Source of the DNA: an uncultured Psychroserpens sp.
GTDB lineage: Bacteria; Bacteroidota; Bacteroidia; Flavobacteriales; Flavobacteriaceae
Assembly: GCF_947501425.1 (NCBI RefSeq)
Contig: NZ_CANMVN010000007.1
Span: forward strand, 98,197-162,196
Direction: 5' to 3'
DNA: 64,000 nucleotides
Every line of letters starts with the position of its first letter. Positions within the stretch are counted from its first letter, which is position 1. The translations under genes were made by a program, and so were the position numbers. Below, piece after piece: positions 49,602-60,386 of the stretch. The notes under the pieces were generated by a model. That model ran no database searches, had not been told where the DNA came from, and was given only the letters and a program-made list of their open reading frames with translations.

Positions 49602-50501
49602 TTAGTAAGACCACATATCTTGTTCGAAGTTTCTGATCTTTTCTTTAATTCGATCAGACTCTAATAACTGCATCAAAGCATTGTCTGCAATATATTCTTT
49701 CACTTCTCTATCTCCATATACATTTTCTTCTTTGTACATGTAGCCATTGAAACGTCTTGAATTCAACAAATGATCAAATGTGATAGGCATTGCGCTATTC
49801 TTGTTATTAAATGCTTTTCCTTCATGCAAGGCTTCTCTAGCCTCTGGGAAAAACACCCAAAACAATGCATTTGGTACTCTATTTGCTTCATCACTAGAAT
49901 CAATAAAGTTGATATCTGGAGCCGCTGGAGCGATACCAAGAATTCTATACTTTAATTCTCCATGACGCTTATCAAAATACCAAAGTCCTTTAATTAAGTA
50001 AGCACTAATATCAAAAGCTTCAATATTTCTGGTAGTGATATATTCAGGATCTACATAGCCATCAGCATTTAATTGATCATACCCGATATCGAGCGTATCA
50101 ACTTTAGTTGTGATGTCTTTAAGCTCCTTCATTGTACGCTTTTCAGTAAAGTAAGAATCATTATAAACGTTTTTGATTCTTCCATCTTTTACTGCAGCTA
50201 TCAACGTATGGTAAAGTGATCTACGCTCTTTACCGATATTGTTAGTATCTACAGGAAAGTACAATGGAAAGTTCACACGTTCATCTAAAACTACTTTTTC
50301 CCAAGTCATTTTAGAAAACAGTATGTCTCTATCATCAACATAACCGTATTCTAAAGGCTCGTCATTATCTAATGCTAATTGCGCTTCAGTCTTTTTACCA
50401 ACTTCTTGAGGCGTTTTAGCATTCAATATGTTTGCCTGAGCGAACACACCAGATGTGAAACACACAGTGGCAATGATTGATAATACATATTTATAATTCA
50501 T
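49602..50501 (-). CDS. gldN: Gliding motility / T9SS protein GldN
   Basis: YGYVDDRDILFSK..WE, WYFDKR.GELKYRILGIAP, LFWVFFPEAR, FDHLLNSRRF. Confidence 0.95.
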   Translation of the reverse strand: MNYKYVLSIIATVCFTSGVFAQANILNAKTPQEVGKKTEAQLALDNDEPLEYGYVDDRDILFSKMTWEKVVLDERVNFPLYFPVDTNNIGKERRSLYHTLIAAVKDGRIKNVYNDSYFTEKRTMKELKDITTKVDTLDIGYDQLNADGYVDPEYITTRNIEAFDISAYLIKGLWYFDKRHGELKYRILGIAPAAPDINFIDSSDEANRVPNALFWVFFPEAREALHEGKAFNNKNSAMPITFDHLLNSRRFNGYMYKEENVYGDREVKEYIADNALMQLLESDRIKEKIRNFEQDMWSY

Positions 50502-50537
50502 CTTTTATAATTTTTAATTTGGGTTACTAGAAGCTAC

Positions 50538-52100
50538 TTAGTTAGATAATTCTATTACAACTGGTGTTGCAGGTTTGATTATCGGACCATTACTTCTCGA
50601 CTTAATGTCAAATATCTGGATACCTGCACCACGTTTAGCTTTACGTAAAGCTGCTTTTGCTGCACCATTTAATCTGTTACCAGAACAAGACACAGATGGT
50701 TGACCAGGTACTTTAATTTTGAAACTAGTTACTGTTAATGGTAAGTCGAAATCAAAACCGTCTAACTCAGCTGAAACTTTTCCAATCTCAACATTGTTTC
50801 TAGGTAATTTACCTTCACTTTGTCCATTAATTTTTCCTGTTGGTTTAGGAATATCTTTAATTCTGAATAATGCTTTATCACCTACCGTTGAACCATCATC
50901 AAGTGTAGCTGTAACATTAATTGTGACCTCTCTACCAGAAGTTGGCTTCATCACGTATTTACCCATTCCTGAAGCTGGTCTTAATCCAGCAGCTGTTGCA
51001 CGTACTTTATTATCAGGTACTCCTGCAAAAGAAATGGTCATTGGGTTATCAACACCACGGTAAACAACGTTCATTTTATCTGCTGAAATTGTAGCAGAAT
51101 TAGGACGTGGCACAACCACATAGTTACCTTTAATTGGAATATCTAATGGCTTTCCGTCTTCTAAAAATGTGAATTTACCATCAATCTCATGTTCTCCAAC
51201 ACCACCAACGTTAAAATCTAAACGAGCTGCACCAGTTGAATCAATAGCGTTTTCCAAATCTACTGCAGAACCAGATATGCTTAACCCAGTAGGGGTTACA
51301 TTAGCATATTTACCTAATACTACTTTACCTTGAAATTTTTCACCAGCAAAGAAAGCAGATTTATCAGCAATTACAATCGCTGTATAATTTTTTAGAGATA
51401 CCGCCTCATCTAATGTGTTTCCTAGGAATACATTAAACATGTTAGCTTCAGTTACCTTTACATCATTCTGCATAGCAGTTAACTTTGTAAATGATGCAAT
51501 AGCTGGGAAACCTTTGAAATGGTAGTCTAACCAATCAATTGGCTTTCCATCTTTATTTGTAACTTGTTCAGTATTGAATCTTTTTTCAAAGTTCTCAATA
51601 GCTTTAACGTATTTTACATCATCACCAATGATATCTTTCACCTTAGATTTATAGCTATTAATCTTAGCCATAACCTCTTCACCTTTCTTAGTCAATTTAT
51701 CACCAGTAAACCAAGCTTCATCTAAAAGATCGGTTTTGTCCATAGCTTCAAAAGGAAGCTTTCCAGTTTCTGGATCAACAGTATACTTTCCTTTCTTAAG
51801 AAGATCGTTCTTTAAAGTTTCAATATACTTGTAAAATTCATCAGAAGCTGCACTTATTTGCTTCGCTTTGTTTGCAGCTGTAGCAAATTCAGCTGGTTTC
51901 TCTTCTGCTTTAGTTTCTAAGTTAGCTAGTAACTTTTCATTCATGTCTGCAGTTACCACGTTTGCATCTGCAAACTTAGCTTCCATAAGACCAAAAGCGG
52001 ATAGTACTTCTTTCGACATGTTCATAGCCATCATTGCAATGAAGACTAAGTACATTAAGTTAATCATTTTCTGCCTTGCAGATAATTTTCCTCCTGCCAT
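50538..52100 (-). CDS. gldM: Gliding motility / T9SS motor protein GldM
   Basis: RQKMINLMYLVFIAMMAMN, ISADKMNVVYRGVDNPMTIS. Confidence 0.96.
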   Translation of the reverse strand: MAGGKLSARQKMINLMYLVFIAMMAMNMSKEVLSAFGLMEAKFADANVVTADMNEKLLANLETKAEEKPAEFATAANKAKQISAASDEFYKYIETLKNDLLKKGKYTVDPETGKLPFEAMDKTDLLDEAWFTGDKLTKKGEEVMAKINSYKSKVKDIIGDDVKYVKAIENFEKRFNTEQVTNKDGKPIDWLDYHFKGFPAIASFTKLTAMQNDVKVTEANMFNVFLGNTLDEAVSLKNYTAIVIADKSAFFAGEKFQGKVVLGKYANVTPTGLSISGSAVDLENAIDSTGAARLDFNVGGVGEHEIDGKFTFLEDGKPLDIPIKGNYVVVPRPNSATISADKMNVVYRGVDNPMTISFAGVPDNKVRATAAGLRPASGMGKYVMKPTSGREVTINVTATLDDGSTVGDKALFRIKDIPKPTGKINGQSEGKLPRNNVEIGKVSAELDGFDFDLPLTVTSFKIKVPGQPSVSCSGNRLNGAAKAALRKAKRGAGIQIFDIKSRSNGPIIKPATPVVIELSN

Positions 52101-52155
52101 TTTTAATTAGTTTTTAGTAGTTAATTAATTGTGTAATTATAGTTCAAAAAACCAA

Positions 52156-52791
52156 TTAGTTTTTGTTCATTGCAGATAACATTCCACCATATACTCCATT
52201 TAAAGATGATAGGTTTGATGCTAATGATTGCATTTGTTCTTTTAATTTTTCAGCGTTTGCAACTGATTCTTCATTAATAGCAGCTTGACGATTAGCGCTT
52301 TCCATTTGCACTTTGTAAAGACTATTTAAAGATTCCATTTGTGCAGCAGCTAAAGACATTTCTTCGCTGTATTTCTTTTGAGCGTTCATTGCATCTACAG
52401 TTGGGCTAATTCCTTTAGCAGCACCTTCAAAGTTTTTGATACTGTTTCCTAAGCTAGCCATTAATTCACCGTCAATTTTAGCTTCTTTTAACATGTTGTC
52501 TAATTTCTTAGATAATAATCCTTCAGCATCTTTTGGCTCTTCTTTCTTAGCTTTCTTTGCTGAAGTAGCTCCTCCAGCTAATTCTGGATATACTAAAGAC
52601 CAATCTAAATCTGATTGCTGTCTTTCAAATGCTGAATATGTAAATACCAAGGCCTCTACAATCATACCAATAGTTAAGATCAATGATCCATAAGGCCAGT
52701 GCTGAATTTTAAATAAAGCCCCAACAATTACGATTGCTGCTCCTAGTCCATAGACCATGTTTGTGATTGTGATGTTTCCTTTCTGTGCCAT
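52156..52791 (-). CDS. gldL: Gliding motility / T9SS motor protein GldL
   Basis: YGLGAAIVIVGALFKIQHW, GM.VEA.VF, DWSLVYPEL, VYGGMLSAM. Confidence 0.96.
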   Translation of the reverse strand: MAQKGNITITNMVYGLGAAIVIVGALFKIQHWPYGSLILTIGMIVEALVFTYSAFERQQSDLDWSLVYPELAGGATSAKKAKKEEPKDAEGLLSKKLDNMLKEAKIDGELMASLGNSIKNFEGAAKGISPTVDAMNAQKKYSEEMSLAAAQMESLNSLYKVQMESANRQAAINEESVANAEKLKEQMQSLASNLSSLNGVYGGMLSAMNKN

Positions 52792-52860
52792 AATTTTGTT
52801 TTTTTAGTTTTAAGTCGATTAACTTAAGTAGATTAATGTTTATTTAGTTTAGTTAATTGT

Positions 52861-54234
52861 TTAATTAGTAGCTGCATTTTTAGTGACTTCTGTTCCCATA
52901 TAATCCTGAACAGTTCTAAATCCGATGTAACTTCTTGCAGAATCAGCGTATTCGTAATCTCTTGAACTTACTTGTAAGAAGTATGCCACATCTTTCCAAG
53001 ATCCTCCACGAACTACTTTACGTGTGTTTTCAGGGTTATTTACGTTTGGATTGAACGATGCCATATATTCATATGAAGCTGCATCGTAAGATCCTTGTAC
53101 CCATTCGGATACGTTACCAGCCATATTATATAAATTGAAGTCGTTTGGCTCGTATGAGTCAGCTTCTACTGTATACAATGCTTGATCTGCAGCATAATCT
53201 CCACGAAGTGGTTTGAAATTAGCCATAAAACAACCTCTGTCATTTTTAGCATATGGTCCACCCCAAGGGAATGTTGCTCCTTGAAGACCTCCTCTAGCAG
53301 CATATTCCCATTCTGCTTCAGATGGTAATCTGTATGAGTTTACAAAATGCCTTCCTTTTTGTTTTCTGTATTCGTTGTGGTGTAAGGTTCTCCACTGGCA
53401 AAAAGCCTTTGCTTGTTTCCAAGACACACCTACTACTGGATAATCTCCATAAGCATCGTGCCAGAAATAATCATTGTGCATTGGCTCATTATAAGAGTAA
53501 GAGAAATCTCTAATCCAAGCTGTTGTATCTGGATAAACTTCTACCTCTTCTGTAACTATAACATCTTTACGTCTTAAACTACGATCTTTCGCAGCTTTCT
53601 GAATGTCCATATACTTATATTGGAACTTGAATTTTTTAACATCCCAAGTTCTCTGTCCGTTATATGACTCTTCAATTGGTAAATACATAGTGTCCATGAC
53701 CTCAGCATAGTACTCATCTGGGTAATCTGCCGTATCGAAAATTAAATCAACATCTTTGTTTAATTTACGACCTTCATAACCAGTTGGACCTAGACCACTA
53801 TAGTTATTGTACATGTACTTTTCGTAAACAGACATATTTTCAGGATCTGAATCCTTGAATGCAAATTCACCAATACCTCCATTTCCTGGAGTCTCACCGA
53901 TTTCATCAGCCAGAATTGCAAGTTTTGTTCTAAGTGTAGAATCTCTTACCCATTCTACAAATTGACGATACTCACTATTAGTGATTTCAGTTTCGTCCAT
54001 GTAAAAGGCTCTTACTGTTACGGTTCTTGTAGGAGCATCTTGTACTCCTGCTAAATCGTCGTCTGACTTACCCATAATAAATGCTCCACCAGGAACTAGT
54101 ACCATACCATAAGGTTTTTCTGGGTGCCATTTCTTTCCTTTAACTCCTACAAGTTGTCCTCTGTCACCAGAGTTACAACTGCTGACTAGTAGGGCTAAAA
54201 CAGCTGTTAATAAAGCAAACTTCTTAATATTCAT
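52861..54234 (-). CDS. gldK: Gliding motility / T9SS lipoprotein GldK
   Basis: SS-C lipobox; FGE-sulfatase-like fold motifs (FYMDETEITNSEY, YPVVGVSW, RLPSEAEWEYAARGG, MAGNVSEW, RGGSWKD). Confidence 0.96.
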   Translation of the reverse strand: MNIKKFALLTAVLALLVSSCNSGDRGQLVGVKGKKWHPEKPYGMVLVPGGAFIMGKSDDDLAGVQDAPTRTVTVRAFYMDETEITNSEYRQFVEWVRDSTLRTKLAILADEIGETPGNGGIGEFAFKDSDPENMSVYEKYMYNNYSGLGPTGYEGRKLNKDVDLIFDTADYPDEYYAEVMDTMYLPIEESYNGQRTWDVKKFKFQYKYMDIQKAAKDRSLRRKDVIVTEEVEVYPDTTAWIRDFSYSYNEPMHNDYFWHDAYGDYPVVGVSWKQAKAFCQWRTLHHNEYRKQKGRHFVNSYRLPSEAEWEYAARGGLQGATFPWGGPYAKNDRGCFMANFKPLRGDYAADQALYTVEADSYEPNDFNLYNMAGNVSEWVQGSYDAASYEYMASFNPNVNNPENTRKVVRGGSWKDVAYFLQVSSRDYEYADSARSYIGFRTVQDYMGTEVTKNAATN

Positions 54235-54405
54235 AGAAACTCGAGGTTAAATTATTTAGTTGTAATTATGTATTAATTAGTGTCTTGATTTTTTTCAAGG
54301 CAGTAAACATATATATATATTTAGTAAAAACCAATTTTTTTTTCATCTTTTTTGCACTTTATCCCCAAAAGTTAACATTTCGTCGATTAAAAAAGCGTTA
54401 AAATA

Positions 54406-54420
54406 TTCGATGAAATGCAT
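54406..54420. promoter_or_regulatory. TTCGATGAAATGCAT motif upstream of gldK (identical copy at 39981-39995)
   Basis: Exact 15-bp match between two intergenic regions. Confidence 0.45.
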
Positions 54421-55587
54421 CTAAAAACTGTTCTTCTTATAGGCTTTATACCATCTTTCTGGTATTTTACCATGACTTGCCTCGACATAATCATCATGCG
54501 TGCATGGTAATAACGTATGCTTTTTTAATTTATTATTAACATTTGGTAAAAAAGGTATTTCTATCCACCAGCGCCCAGTTTTTATACTTTTATAAAATAT
54601 CAACTCATCATCTTCTATTAGCACATTGTACTTCTGATGATTAGCTTCATTAGTAAAATCGTCATCATTAATTCTACAATTAACACCTTCGATAAAATAC
54701 CATATTATTTGGGAGATTAACATTGGTGTTGCATCTAGTTCGTTCGTCGATTTAAATTCATAGACACCAAATGATGACACCTTATTACTTATACCTGCAT
54801 ATCTTGAAATAGCGCATATCTCTTTTCCATTAAAACCATTTGGAGAATATTTTTGTTTAGCACCTACTTCAGCTGCTCTAACAGACTTCATATCCATAGT
54901 AACTATATGCGCATCTCGCATTACTGGTTCCACCATATTAATATTGTGCGTCACCTCTCCTAATCGATACGCTTCAAAATAAAGCTTCTCCATAAGGTCT
55001 ATTTCCTCTTGAGAATTAAAATAGGTTTGATAACCAACGGCTGAGTAATTAAATAGATTATAAGGTTGCTCTAGAATAATTTTACCAAGAAAACTGTTGT
55101 TCTTCATTTCAACAGAGGCATCTCCTAGATCAAAGTTACTGTCAACATTTACAATATTGATCATAGGTGCCATTGTATCATAAGCTCTGTAATTAGCATA
55201 AGTCAAATCCTGACTTCCTCCAATGATTACAGGTATGACCTTCTTTTCTAATAAAACTGAAATAATTGTACGAACCGCATAATAGGTATCTTCTATTGTT
55301 GATCCTGGAGGAATATCACCGAGATCTGCAATTCCAGTGTGCCAATTTCCTGGAAACAATGCATACAATGAAGTTCTAATGGTGTCGAAACCTAGTTCTT
55401 CTCCCATATAGTTAACATCATTTCGGTTTTCCTTAACCCCTATGATGGCTAACTTAACTCCATCTAAATCTGGAATTCCATTTTGAGTAGAATGAATTTT
55501 TATCTTTTTGCCGAGCGCTTGTTGCGATAGTAGTTCGTTATGAGCTAATACTGCATCTGAAACAGGAGACAAAAAATTAAAATTCAT
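54421..55587 (-). CDS. Arginase/formimidoylglutamase-family protein with degenerate metal-binding motifs
   Basis: Ureohydrolase-like fold cues (IADLGDI, IIGGSQD, NVDSNFD, SPNGF..KEIC). Confidence 0.78.
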   Translation of the reverse strand: MNFNFLSPVSDAVLAHNELLSQQALGKKIKIHSTQNGIPDLDGVKLAIIGVKENRNDVNYMGEELGFDTIRTSLYALFPGNWHTGIADLGDIPPGSTIEDTYYAVRTIISVLLEKKVIPVIIGGSQDLTYANYRAYDTMAPMINIVNVDSNFDLGDASVEMKNNSFLGKIILEQPYNLFNYSAVGYQTYFNSQEEIDLMEKLYFEAYRLGEVTHNINMVEPVMRDAHIVTMDMKSVRAAEVGAKQKYSPNGFNGKEICAISRYAGISNKVSSFGVYEFKSTNELDATPMLISQIIWYFIEGVNCRINDDDFTNEANHQKYNVLIEDDELIFYKSIKTGRWWIEIPFLPNVNNKLKKHTLLPCTHDDYVEASHGKIPERWYKAYKKNSF

Positions 55588-55592
55588 TATTG

Positions 55593-58097
55593 TTATTTTT
55601 TAGTGGTCGCTTTCTTTTTTGTGGTTTTCTTTTTAGCAGCTGTCTTTTTCTTAGGGGATTTCTTTTCAATATGCGCTTTCGCTTCTTCTAAAGTCATTTC
55701 TGAAACATCAACTGTTTTTGGAAGCTCAACTTTTATTTTTCCTTTAATAACGTTATGTCTTCCCCATCTTGCTTTTTCAACGCGAATACCTTCCTCTTCC
55801 CAATGATGAATAAGCTTATCTTTTTCCTTTTGAATCTTATCCTCAATCAACTCCACAATATCACTATCTGATAAATTATCCCAGTCGTATTTCTTATTGA
55901 CATTGATAAACATATTGTTCCATTTTATAAATGGTCCAAAACGTCCTTTACCTTTTTGCACAGGTAAATCCTGATACATATATATAGGTGCATCTGCTTT
56001 TTGCTTTTCTTTGATAAGTTCTATTGCAAGTTCCATTTCCACATCCATTGGATTTGTACCAGCCGGAAGTGACACGAATTTTTTCCCAAATTTCACATAA
56101 GGTCCGAAACGACCATTGTTGACCTCAACAGGCTCACCTTCGTAAGTTCCTAATTGCTTGGGTAACTTAAAGAGATCCATTGCTTCCTCATAAGTAATTG
56201 TGGTTAACTGCTGATCTGGAGACAAACTTGCAAATTGAGGTTTTTCTTCGTCATCTACGGTTCCTATTTGAACCATTGGTCCAAACTTCCCTAAACGTAC
56301 ACTCACTTGCTTTCCGGTTTTAGGATCTACACCCAAAATACGTTCTCCAGATTCACGTTCGGCATTTTCAGCAACGTCTTCAACCCTAGGATGAAAGCCT
56401 TTGTAAAAATCTTTCATCATTTTAGTCCAGTCTTCTTTACCTTCGGCAATTTCATCAAAATCTGCTTCAACTTTCGCAGTAAAATTATAATCTAAAATAC
56501 TTCCGAAGTGATTTACAAGAAAATCAGTTACAATCATTCCGATATCTGTAGGCACTAATTTACCTTTATCACTATTCACTTTCTCCGTCAATGTTTTATC
56601 AGTAAGCTGCCCTTGCTGAAGTAACAATTGAGAATACTCACGCTCCACACCTTCATTAGAACCTTTTTCTATGTAGTTTCTATTTTGAATTGTTGAAATT
56701 GTTGGCGCATATGTTGATGGTCTACCAATACCTAACTCTTCTAACTGTTTTACAAGAGAGGCTTCAGTATATCTATATGGTGCACGTGAAAAACGTTCGG
56801 TTGCTGTAATGTAACTATTCAATAAGGTTTCGTTGACTTTCATGGCAGGCAACATTCCTTCTTGCTCAACATCTTCATCGTCTGTTCCTTCAAGGTATAC
56901 TTTTAAAAATCCTTCAAAAGTAATGACCTCTCCATTAGCTGTAAATGTTTCTTTATGTGTTGTTGCTGCTATCTTTACATTGGTTCGCTCTAATTCTGCA
57001 TCACTCATTTGAGATGCTATGGCACGCTTCCAGATTAAATCATATAAACGTGCTTGATCTCTTTCTATATTGACAGAATGTCTCTTAAAATCGGTTGGTC
57101 TAATTGCTTCGTGAGCTTCTTGTGCGCCTTTAGATTTCCCTTTATAATTTCTTGGTTTACTAAATTTAGAACCATAAGCATCTTCAATCTCGGCTTGCGC
57201 TCCTTTACGAGCTTCATCAGAAAGATTGACACTATCTGTTCTCATATAGGTAATTAATCCAGCTTCATATAAACGTTGCGCATTACTCATTGTTCTACTA
57301 ACTGAAAACCCTAATTTTCTTGAGGCCTCCTGTTGTAGTGTAGAAGTTGTAAATGGTGCTGCAGGTGATTTCTTAGCAGGTTTTTTCTCGAGGTTAGCAA
57401 CTTTAAAATCGGCATTTGCGTTTGACTCCAGAAATTTATAGGCCTCCTCTTTAGTTGAAAAATTCTTCGGAAGTTTCGCCTTAAATGTTTGTCCGTCCTC
57501 ATTAGAGAACTCAGCATCAATCCTATAGGATGCCTTCGGCTTGAAATCTTGAATTTCACGTTCGCGTTCCACAATTAATCTAACAGAAACCGATTGCACA
57601 CGACCTGCAGAAAGACCGCCTTTTACTTTTCTCCATAAGATTGGAGATAATTCATATCCTACTATTCTATCCAGTACACGCCGTGCCTGTTGTGCATCAA
57701 CCAAATCATAATCTATTCCTCTTGGATTCTCAATGGCTTTCTTAATTGCCGATTTTGTAATCTCATGAAATACGATACGTTTTGTTTTTGCTTTATCTAA
57801 ACCCAGCGTTTCAGCAAGATGCCATGCAATAGCTTCCCCTTCTCGATCCTCATCACTAGCTAACCAAACCATTTCGGCTTTTTTAGCAAGATCTTTCAGT
57901 TTTTTAACAACATCTTTCTTGTCTTTTGAAACCTGATATTTAGGTTTAAAATCTCCATCGACATCAACTCCTAATTCCTTTGAAGGCAAATCTGCAATGT
58001 GACCAAAACTAGATTCTACTTTGAAATCTTTTCCAAGAAATTTCTCTATGGTTTTGGCTTTTGCAGGTGACTCTACAATGACTAAATTCTTCGGCAT
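55593..58097 (-). CDS. topA: DNA topoisomerase I
   Basis: LVIVESPAKAKTI, SDEDREGEAIAWH, GLITYMRTDS, GIGRPSTYA; C-terminal repeats and Lys-rich tail. Confidence 0.98.
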   Translation of the reverse strand: MPKNLVIVESPAKAKTIEKFLGKDFKVESSFGHIADLPSKELGVDVDGDFKPKYQVSKDKKDVVKKLKDLAKKAEMVWLASDEDREGEAIAWHLAETLGLDKAKTKRIVFHEITKSAIKKAIENPRGIDYDLVDAQQARRVLDRIVGYELSPILWRKVKGGLSAGRVQSVSVRLIVEREREIQDFKPKASYRIDAEFSNEDGQTFKAKLPKNFSTKEEAYKFLESNANADFKVANLEKKPAKKSPAAPFTTSTLQQEASRKLGFSVSRTMSNAQRLYEAGLITYMRTDSVNLSDEARKGAQAEIEDAYGSKFSKPRNYKGKSKGAQEAHEAIRPTDFKRHSVNIERDQARLYDLIWKRAIASQMSDAELERTNVKIAATTHKETFTANGEVITFEGFLKVYLEGTDDEDVEQEGMLPAMKVNETLLNSYITATERFSRAPYRYTEASLVKQLEELGIGRPSTYAPTISTIQNRNYIEKGSNEGVEREYSQLLLQQGQLTDKTLTEKVNSDKGKLVPTDIGMIVTDFLVNHFGSILDYNFTAKVEADFDEIAEGKEDWTKMMKDFYKGFHPRVEDVAENAERESGERILGVDPKTGKQVSVRLGKFGPMVQIGTVDDEEKPQFASLSPDQQLTTITYEEAMDLFKLPKQLGTYEGEPVEVNNGRFGPYVKFGKKFVSLPAGTNPMDVEMELAIELIKEKQKADAPIYMYQDLPVQKGKGRFGPFIKWNNMFINVNKKYDWDNLSDSDIVELIEDKIQKEKDKLIHHWEEEGIRVEKARWGRHNVIKGKIKVELPKTVDVSEMTLEEAKAHIEKKSPKKKTAAKKKTTKKKATTKK

Positions 58098-58212
58098 ATA
58101 TGATTTTTTGAGGCTACAAATGTATGTTAAAAATAAATTATCTTCCTAATTTTAATACATTTCGATTGTATTTTATCTGAAAAACAGATGCATTTATCTA
58201 TGTTTTTGTCAT

Positions 58213-58238
58213 AAAAAAAGCCTGAAATCCTTCAAGCT
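58213..58238 (-). terminator. Terminator of the lipoprotein-LVIVD operon
   Basis: Minus strand AGCTTGAA-GGAT-TTCAGGCT followed by a T-run. Confidence 0.62.
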
Positions 58239-58262
58239 ATTTTTATATTTTCAAAATTAAAA

Positions 58263-58679
58263 TTATTCATTGTGAATTAATTGTTCGTCCCAATCCTCGA
58301 GAGAATATATTACGGTTTGGGTTTCATTACCTAAATAAAACTGATAGGTTTTAAGAAACCCTGCTTCACATGGTTCCTGACTCGAAAAATTTAAACGTAG
58401 CAATCTATAAGGAGGTGTTGAATCTGTTTGTAATCCGTCGGTAACAAGATCTGCTTGCCATGTGGACATATCACATCCACTAGCAAAAATAGTAATGGCT
58501 ATACAATCATCTGTAATCTCTGCATCAATGATATCAAAATTACTTGGAGAGTCTAGTTGAAATAACGTTGCATCGATTATAATTGAATCACCGCACACCT
58601 CTTCTGCTGTATCATCGTCAGAATTACAACTAAAAAGCAAAAGACTTAGGATGAGATATACAAGGTTCTTCTTTAGCAT
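58263..58679 (-). CDS. Cys-containing lipoprotein, paralog of 59946-60386
   Basis: LFS-C lipobox + NSDDD; ASGCD..TW...PP.R.L.L.F...C.A shared with the upstream paralog. Confidence 0.75.
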   Translation of the reverse strand: MLKKNLVYLILSLLLFSCNSDDDTAEEVCGDSIIIDATLFQLDSPSNFDIIDAEITDDCIAITIFASGCDMSTWQADLVTDGLQTDSTPPYRLLRLNFSSQEPCEAGFLKTYQFYLGNETQTVIYSLEDWDEQLIHNE

Positions 58680-58708
58680 TATATTTGGTAGTTTAAAACT
58701 AGAATTAG

Positions 58709-59935
58709 TTAATTTAGAATAAGTGTACTTAAGAGTTGAATAGAATTTTCAGCATCATATTCATATTGATATAAAGCATTAGCCGAAATCATAAGTAAAC
58801 GATCTTCTAAAGGAATAATATCTCTGCCTTCAACATTATCAAATATCTCAAGTAATTCAAGATCTAAAGGATTGGTTTTATCAAAAACTTTTAACCCAGA
58901 AGCACCATCACAAACAAATAAGCGATTATCTTTAAATCCAAGACCGTAAGGACTATCCATCATATGCTGTGCAACTAGAGTTGGATAATATTTATCACTC
59001 ACGTCAATAACTTCTAACACACTTAATTCTTGACCACATTCATTACCACCTCTTAGTGTTAAATACGCATAATCGCCATCAACAACTACTGGATCACATC
59101 CTTGCCAATGACTAAACTCAGACAGAAACTGTGGAGCTGCAGGGTTTTCTATACTATGAATAAACATTCCGTTTGACCCTCCCAAATACAAATAACCATC
59201 TGCATGGAACATAGTTTCTATCTCCCAACCAGCATAATTGGTCTGAACCAGATTAGGTTGTGACAAACTAGAAATATCAAAAACATTCATCTCATTGACA
59301 CCTACAGTATATAAGTAGTCTTCTACAATTTGAAAACGCGCTAAAGACCCACCTACTCCAACATCACCGCTTTCAAATGCACCTGCATCATTTGGAAAAA
59401 ATACATCTACTGAATTGCTTACCTCCTCTCGTCTTTCTTCAATGGACCAGCCAACAATCACTTGGGTTTCTCTGTCGAAATTACTAAAATCAGCACCTGC
59501 AGCGTCATTTGGTATTTGATAATCATATACTGTAAACACTTCCTGCAAACGTTCAACTTCAGTAATGGTATTGACATTTGAAATATCAAATACTAATAAA
59601 TCAATGGCACTATCAGCAAATAAATAATCGTCTTTAACAGAAATATCCTCATTACCAGGAATATTAATAAAACTTACAGCCTGAGGTGATAGCGGATCAC
59701 TATTATCAAATATATGGACGCCTTTAAATCTTTCATTGATAAAAATCAAATCCTGATAGGCATAAATCTTTCCAACATCTAAAATAGGTTTAGGAGCCTG
59801 AACTTCTACTGCTGTTCGCCATTCAACTTTACTCATGGTTTCAGGAATAGCAATGTTAAATGTTTCATATTGCTTATCATCACTGTTACAGGACCAAAGC
59901 AGTATTACGGTTAGAAATAAGGTTAATTTTTTCAT
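58709..59935 (-). CDS. LVIVD-repeat lipoprotein
   Basis: Likely start MKKLT at 59935; WS-C lipobox; repeated YLFAD..LLVFDISN, GVGGSLARF, CDPVVVDGDYAYLTLRGG..C. Confidence 0.82.
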   Translation of the reverse strand: MKKLTLFLTVILLWSCNSDDKQYETFNIAIPETMSKVEWRTAVEVQAPKPILDVGKIYAYQDLIFINERFKGVHIFDNSDPLSPQAVSFINIPGNEDISVKDDYLFADSAIDLLVFDISNVNTITEVERLQEVFTVYDYQIPNDAAGADFSNFDRETQVIVGWSIEERREEVSNSVDVFFPNDAGAFESGDVGVGGSLARFQIVEDYLYTVGVNEMNVFDISSLSQPNLVQTNYAGWEIETMFHADGYLYLGGSNGMFIHSIENPAAPQFLSEFSHWQGCDPVVVDGDYAYLTLRGGNECGQELSVLEVIDVSDKYYPTLVAQHMMDSPYGLGFKDNRLFVCDGASGLKVFDKTNPLDLELLEIFDNVEGRDIIPLEDRLLMISANALYQYEYDAENSIQLLSTLILN

Positions 59936-59945
59936 TTTAACTGAT

Positions 59946-60386
59946 TTAATTGTAGGTATATGTGATAGATTCTGTGAAGCCTTCAATATGTAATATCACC
60001 TCATTCTCATCATTAGTTTGCAATGGCGAGAGATCAAATGAACGTTCCTGACCAATTACAGCTAAGCAGTCTTCATCGTTAGTAAACACGAGTTTTAAAA
60101 ACCGTTGTGGTGGCGATGATTCAGCAATATCACCAGAGTCAACTAACACCATACTCCAGGTATTACCATCACAGCCACTAGCTGAAATATCAATACTTAA
60201 ACAATTATCGTTGATCACTACATCCACCACACTGAATTCGTCTGATTCAGCCGATTGATAAAAAGCGTTATCTATAATAGCAATTTGATCACAAGGACTA
60301 TCAATGGTATTATCCTCATCACATTGTGTATTCATTAATAGTAAAGCAAAACAAATACAGGTTGTAACAATTTTAACGGTTCTCAT
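59946..60386 (-). CDS. Cys-containing lipoprotein
   Basis: Likely start MRTVK at 60386; NTQ-C lipobox; paralogous to 58263-58679. Confidence 0.75.
   Translation of the reverse strand: MRTVKIVTTCICFALLLMNTQCDEDNTIDSPCDQIAIIDNAFYQSAESDEFSVVDVVINDNCLSIDISASGCDGNTWSMVLVDSGDIAESSPPQRFLKLVFTNDEDCLAVIGQERSFDLSPLQTNDENEVILHIEGFTESITYTYN

Noticed and set aside
49602-54234. gldKLMN as a novel system
   Set aside because: Canonical order and sizes of the well-described gliding/T9SS motor operon.
58157-58200. Partial TTCGAT / ATGCATTT matches upstream of topA
   Set aside because: Too degenerate, and spacing to the -7 element differs from the 28 nt seen at the LRR and kinase genes.
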